64,000 bases of DNA from Neocallimastix sp. 'constans' (lineage: Eukaryota): contig JBODTK010000014.1 in the NCBI GenBank assembly GCA_050613775.1, forward strand, positions 248,001 through 312,000, written 5' to 3'. Under the pieces are notes generated by a model. It saw only the letters and a list, made by a program, of their open reading frames with translations, made no database searches and was not told the origin of the DNA. Position 1 is the stretch's first letter. Each line of letters opens with the position of its first letter. The position numbers and the translations under genes are program-made. This document shows positions 58,202 to 64,000 of the stretch, one piece after another.

Positions 58202-60652
58202 TTTTTTTTTGAGAAAAATGAAAATATGAATTAAAATTAACTATAATAAATATTTATAAAAATATATAAACACATATATATTATGTATATAGGATATAAA
58301 ACCAGAAAATTTATTGTTTATTGACCAAGGAATGGATAAATTAGTTTTGGTCGATTTTGGTATTTCAAAAATTATCGAAAATCCTTCAGAATTACTTACA
58401 ACTATTTGTGGTAGTCCAGGTTATACAGGTAATTTAATTATATAATCTTTTATATTAAATTTAAATGTTTATATATATGTATATTATTTTTTATGTCGAA
58501 AGAAATATGTACATAATTAATAATAAATACTATAATTTCTTACTAATTAATCATTGATTTTCTATTTTTAAATATATATTCATAATTATTATTATTATTA
58601 TTGTTATTGAAATATGTCTTAATATTTTTTTATGTTTGTTTCTATTATTATTTTTAGCCCCAGAAATTTTAAAGGGTAAGAAATATTCAAAACCAGTTGA
58701 CTTATGGAGTATTGGTATTATTACCTATATACTCTTATGTGGCTACTCCCCCTTCTACTATGTTCAAGATACCAATCAACTATATGATGCTATATGTCAT
58801 GGTCGTTATTCTTTTGATGATAAATATTGGCATAATATATCTTCTTATGCTAAAGATTTCATTCGTTCTTTATTACAAGTAGATCCAGCAAAAAGAGCTA
58901 CAGCAGATGAGGCATTAGATCATCCATGGCTTAATAATTTATGTCCAAAACATGTAAAATATTTGAAAAAACAAAATGAAACTCCAAAATATGATAAAAA
59001 ATCACTATCTTCTTACAAAACAAGTTCTCGATTATCTTCAGTTAAAAATAGTTCAAAGAGTGAGAAAGGAAGTGAGAAAGGAAGTGAGAAAGGAAGTAAA
59101 AAATTAAGTGAAAGTATTAAAAGTACAACTAAAAGAAATATTAATACTAGTAATAATAGTAAAAATAGTAAAAATAAAAGTAAAAGTAAAAGTAATACTA
59201 ATAGTAATATTATAAATAATACTAATAGTATTGATAGAAATAGTAAAAATAATAATAATAATAAAAACAATAATAATAATAATGATAATAATGGAAATAG
59301 TTATAAGATCAATTCCATTAAAGTAAATAATTCTGGTAGTGTTTCATTTGCCGATGAAATATCTCAAAAAATTCAATTGACAACAGGTATTAATACAGAT
59401 AATTCAAATATAAATCATATATTAAAGGATACCCATATGTACAATGAACCAAGAGTAATGTCCTCATACGCCAAAAGTAATAACAGTAGTCATCTTGAAA
59501 ATATTCCAGAAAGTGATAATGAAAGTTCTACTGTTTGTCTTAGTGTCCCTCTTATAGATGGTACTGGCAATAATAATAATCTTACAATACCACAATCTAT
59601 GGATAAATCTCATATGGATAGTAGTATCAGTACATACAGCGAAGTAGAAGAATTCATTGAAGCGCAAACTGAAGTTATAACAAGCCAATCAGGAAAGAAT
59701 ATCATTACTGAAGAAGAAAATCCATTAGAGGAGGATGATGATGAGAAAAGACTACCTTCTCCAAGTAAGAAATTAACTACTCAATCTTTACCTAATTCAA
59801 TTAATAGAAAGAGTAAAAATGGTAGTAAGACCTTAAAGAATGCATTTGGTAAATATATAGAAACTAGACATATGTCTCTAGCCTATCTTGGTCATAAAGA
59901 AATCATTAATGATGAAATTATTAGTAATCCATTGGATGATGAAGAAGATTTACCAGAAATTTTACCTGATGAATGTTACGTTGCCAATACATTTTATAAT
60001 GAATACGAACCTCAATTACCATTCCAAAGTAAAAAGAAGAGAAGAAAGCATAATAGATCTGAACATGGAAGTAGAATGGGTACCATTTATTCTAGTACCC
60101 TCAGTAGTAGTTCAAGAGATATTACTCAGAGTAGTACACCTAGTGTAAATACAACTAAAAAGAATTCTGATGCTATCTCCAAATTAAGTAGTGTTGTATC
60201 CAGTATTATGGCTAAGACCAAAGAAATGGAAAAAGAAAAAGAAAAAGAAGGTATAAAGGGAAAAGATAATGAAAAGGAAAAGGTTAAAGAAAAGGTAAAG
60301 AATAATGAAAAGAAAGATGAAAAAGAAAAAGTTAAAGAAAAGGTAAAGAATGATGAAAAGAAAGATGAAAAAGAAAAGGTTAAAGAAAAGGTAAAGAATA
60401 ATGAAAAAGAAAAGGAAAAGATAATGGACCAAGATAATGATAAAGAAAAAGAAAAGGAAAATGAAAAGATAGAAGATATTGTAGATGTAAATAATAATAA
60501 AACTAAGGATGATTCTGCCGTTAATTGTAAAGAAATTGAAGATCCTTATTCAAAGAATGATTCTACTTATTCTGATAGTACTTGCTCTTGCTGTAAAAAT
60601 GATCGTTCAGATAGTGAAGAGGAAAAAGATAATGACTATGATGATGATGATA

Positions 60653-60687
<35 letters not shown>

Positions 60688-60846
60688 AACCTTCCAAATC
60701 TTCTTCAATCCGAAGAATACAGAACCAATATGCTTAAGAAACGTTTCCAAAAAGCAGTAAGAAGAGTTCATATGATTAATCGTTGGAGATCATATTCCGT
60801 TTCTAAATATGTTATAGATAGAGCTTCTCTTAATTTAAATAATTGA
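56866..60846 (+). CDS. Calcium/calmodulin-dependent protein kinase (CaMK1/fungal CMK-like); exons 56866-56950, 57162-57372, 57991-58120, 58293-58428, 58658-60846 (~916 aa)
   Basis: The spliced frame gives GIGSYGTVK, CAIKII, LASGGELF, HRDIKPEN, DFG, TICGSPGYTAPE, DLWSIG and HPWL. All four introns are GT-AG with consistent phases. A C-terminal FQKAVRRVHMINRW helix resembles a CaM-binding segment. Confidence 0.9.
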
Positions 60847-60950
60847 ATTGAATAGAGAACAAAAAAAAAAAAAAAAAAAATTAAATATTTAAAAAAAAAA
60901 AAAATTTAATAAAATAAAAAAAAAAAAAAAGAAATAATAATTTATAAAAT

Positions 60951-60981
<31 letters not shown>

Positions 60982-61537
60982 AAAATTATTATTTAAAAAA
61001 AAAAGAAAAAAATTGAATATTAAAAAAATAAAAAATATTTAAAAAAAAAATATTTTTTAAATCATCTTATTATACAATAATTCATAATTAATTTATAAAA
61101 TTTTGAAAAGAAAAAAAAAATAATAATAAATAAAATTAATATTAAAATAAATAATATTTAATATCACTTTATTATTTTTTTCATTATATTATTATTATTT
61201 TATTATTATTATTTTATTATTTTATTTTATTATTATTATTTAAATGATTTAATAATAATTAAAAAAGATTATTTTTGATATTAATTTTTTTAACGTTCAA
61301 AATATTTTATGCTTTATTACCAGATTTAAAAATAAAAAATTTTTTGTTAAATGTCTACATTCTTTATTATATAAAATAAAATATGATAATAATTTATCAT
61401 TAACTCCAATATTTATAATATTTATTAAAATTTTTAAGTATTTAAAAAATAATGAACTTTTATTTCTTCATAGATTTATGTTTTCATGTGATTAATTCTA
61501 TTCCATATAATTAAATTATAATTTATTAATGATTTGA

Positions 61538-61577
<40 letters not shown>

Positions 61578-61704
61578 TACATTTTTTTAATCAAAAAATA
61601 CTTTATTATTATTAAATAATATTAATAATAATAATAGTAAAATTATAAAAATAGAAGAATGAAATAGTATTTTTAAATTTCGTATTAATTAAACATTAAT
61701 TAAA

Positions 61705-61830
61705 ATGTCTATGGTATTTGAATAAATAAATAAATAAATAAAAACTTTTTTAAATCCTTTTTTACTATAAAGTGTTATTTAACTTTTAATTTGAAATGCA
61801 TTTTCGAATTGATTTAAATTTATATTATTA

Positions 61831-61876
<46 letters not shown>

Positions 61877-63564
61877 TGTTTTTGTTTTTGTTTTATTTGT
61901 TTTTCAATTTTAAAATGGTTTTTTCACTTTTCTTTTTTTAAAAAAAAAAAAATATTTATAGTGTTATATAAGTGATAAAAATAAAAAATAAAAAATAAAA
62001 TAATAAAACTACTAAATAAAATATCAAATACTTAATTTTATTCATAAATTTGTATTTGTTATATTTCTATAAAAGTATAATTTATATAGAGAGGTTTATC
62101 CTCCATCTTGTGTAGAAGATGCAATTCCATGTCATTTTACTTCCCCAACTGCTAGAAATTTAGTTGTTGTTAAAGCTTCTACCCTTGAAATTTATGAAGT
62201 TTTAGAAGTAGCAGATGAAGAAGAAAAGAAATTTTGGATAGGAAAAGATAGTAAGGATCAGGTAAAGAATAATATACTTTAATAGATAAATAAAAATGAA
62301 AATTAAAAAAAATAAAAAAAGGAAATGTTAAATATATATATGAATAATTTTTTCTATTTTTCTATTTTTTTTTTTTTTATTTTAATTTAATTATTAAAAT
62401 ATATAAATGTACTTTTACATGTTAATCCATCAAATAACGAAAATATAAATTAATTTCAATTAAATTTATTAAAAAAAAAAAAAAAAAAGGAAAAGAAAAA
62501 TGACCAAATATATCCAAAAATTAGAGCAAGTTTAGAAATGATTGCTACATATAAAATTCATGGTAATATTTCTTCAATTAATTGTATAAGAACAACTACT
62601 AACGTTGGTTTACTTGGAATGGATAGTTTACTTTTAAGTTTTAAAGATGCAAAGGTTTTTTTTTTTTTTTTTTTTTTTTGTGAAATTGATTATAAGTTTT
62701 ATATATTTATTAAATATTAATATATATATATATATTATATAATTAATTCTTTATATTTTTTATATTAATAATAATAACATTTATTTTATAAATCAATAAT
62801 ATGAATTTATATATCTATCTTTATTATTTAAAAATATATTAAAATAAATTTTATTAATTTGAAATTCAATGAAAATTAAATTATAAATATTAATATCAAT
62901 TGAATTAAATTTAAAAAGATGTCACTCTTGGAATGGTCAAACGCAACCAAGGAAATTATCACTGTTTCATTACATTATTATGAAAGAGAGGAATTTCAGG
63001 TTAGAATTTGCTTTAATAAATAAAGAAAAAAAAAAAAAAAATTTATTTTATTCATTTAATTCAATTTCATAATAAAAACAAGAAAAAAAAAAATAATATT
63101 GTAAAAATTTTGATGTTACAGTATAATTAATTAAAAATTATTTAATTTTTTAATTAATTTAAACATTTTATATTATAATTCCAAATAATATATTATTGAA
63201 TATATGTTATAAATTTATATAATTTCTATATAAAAGGACATTTATTTATCAGCAACTAATCCAGAAATTAGGGTTGATCCATTGAATAGATGTGCAGCTT
63301 TAAAATTTTATTTCGATCAAATAGCAATTTTACCATTTAAACAAGAAGTTGCTGGCGGTGTAGCATCTACATATATGGAAGAAGAATTTCATAAAGGAAA
63401 CAATGATAGAGATACAAGGTAAATATATATATATATATATCATTTTATTAAATTTTAATGTAAATTAAAATATATCAAAAATAATATATCAAAATTTAAA
63501 TGAAATTTTATTTTTTTTTTATGCTTGTATATCCACATTTCTTTTACCTCTATTAACATATATA

Positions 63565-63597
<33 letters not shown>

Positions 63598-63769
63598 TTT
63601 ATTTATTTATAATAAATATTATTAGAGAAAATCCTTGTTTATCCAGTTTTGTAATATCGGGAAAACAAATTAGTAAAAAAATAAAAAATATTATTGATGT
63701 TGTTTTTTTATATAATTATTTTGAACCAACATTAGCTATCTTATATCAAACAGACTTGACATGGCCAGG
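61705..63769 (+). CDS. CFT1: CPSF160/CFT1 (cleavage and polyadenylation specificity factor subunit 1), 5' part; probable exons 61705-61713, 62076-62261, 62490-62654, 62919-62999, 63237-63418, 63626-63769, continuing beyond the window
   Basis: YREVYPPSCVE..CHF...RNLVV, HGNI, DSLLLSFKDAK|MSLLEW, TVSLHYYE, RVDP..RCA, AILPF, SSFVI and FL.NYFEPTLAILYQ...TWPG match the CPSF1 N-terminal propeller as I recall it. Intron phases are consistent. The first micro-exon is uncertain. Confidence 0.85.
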
Positions 63770-64000
63770 GTATATATATTTCTTTATTATTATTATTATT
63801 ATTATTATTATAATTTATAAGTTATATATAAGTAAATAGAGATAAATAAATAATCATTAATGAAATGAATGATTTTACATATAGGATAATCATTAAATTA
63901 ATACATCATTTTTATAAAATTTATTATTGAAATAATTATAAAATATTTTAAATATGGATTTAATATTTTTTTTTTAATTATTTTATATTTAATGTTAATA

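Noticed and set aside
13014..60760. Antisense and alternate-frame ORFs inside the receptor and kinase genes (poly-L, LV, IS, poly-M)
   Set aside because: They are shadows of Asn/Thr/Asp/Lys codon repeats.

Overview
Extremely AT-rich, intron-containing eukaryotic DNA, most consistent with an anaerobic gut fungus (Neocallimastigomycota); this is inferred from composition, intron style and gene content. The first ~45 kb hold a tandem array of four paralogous + strand receptor genes (892-3890, 12488-15604, 26520-30066, 41354-44608). Each has a signal peptide, a large ectodomain with solute-binding-protein-like motifs, a class C/GABA-B-like 7TM domain split by one phase-0 intron at the same position, and a conserved C-terminal NPNN[YF]FF motif. 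The spacers contain decayed non-LTR (LINE-like) retrotransposon fragments, AT-rich satellites, a recent ~360-bp direct duplication and a ricin-B-like lectin remnant. The right end has a 5-exon CaMK1-like kinase (56866-60846) and the 5' part of a CPSF160/CFT1 gene. The most unusual feature is a ~2-kb island at ~49.9-52.0 kb with no credible ORF. It largely lacks the homopolymer runs and satellites seen elsewhere and carries many local hairpins plus a colinear nested series of long-range helices with G-U wobbles on the + strand. It is a candidate unannotated large structured RNA. Most short ORFs in the track are low-complexity artefacts.
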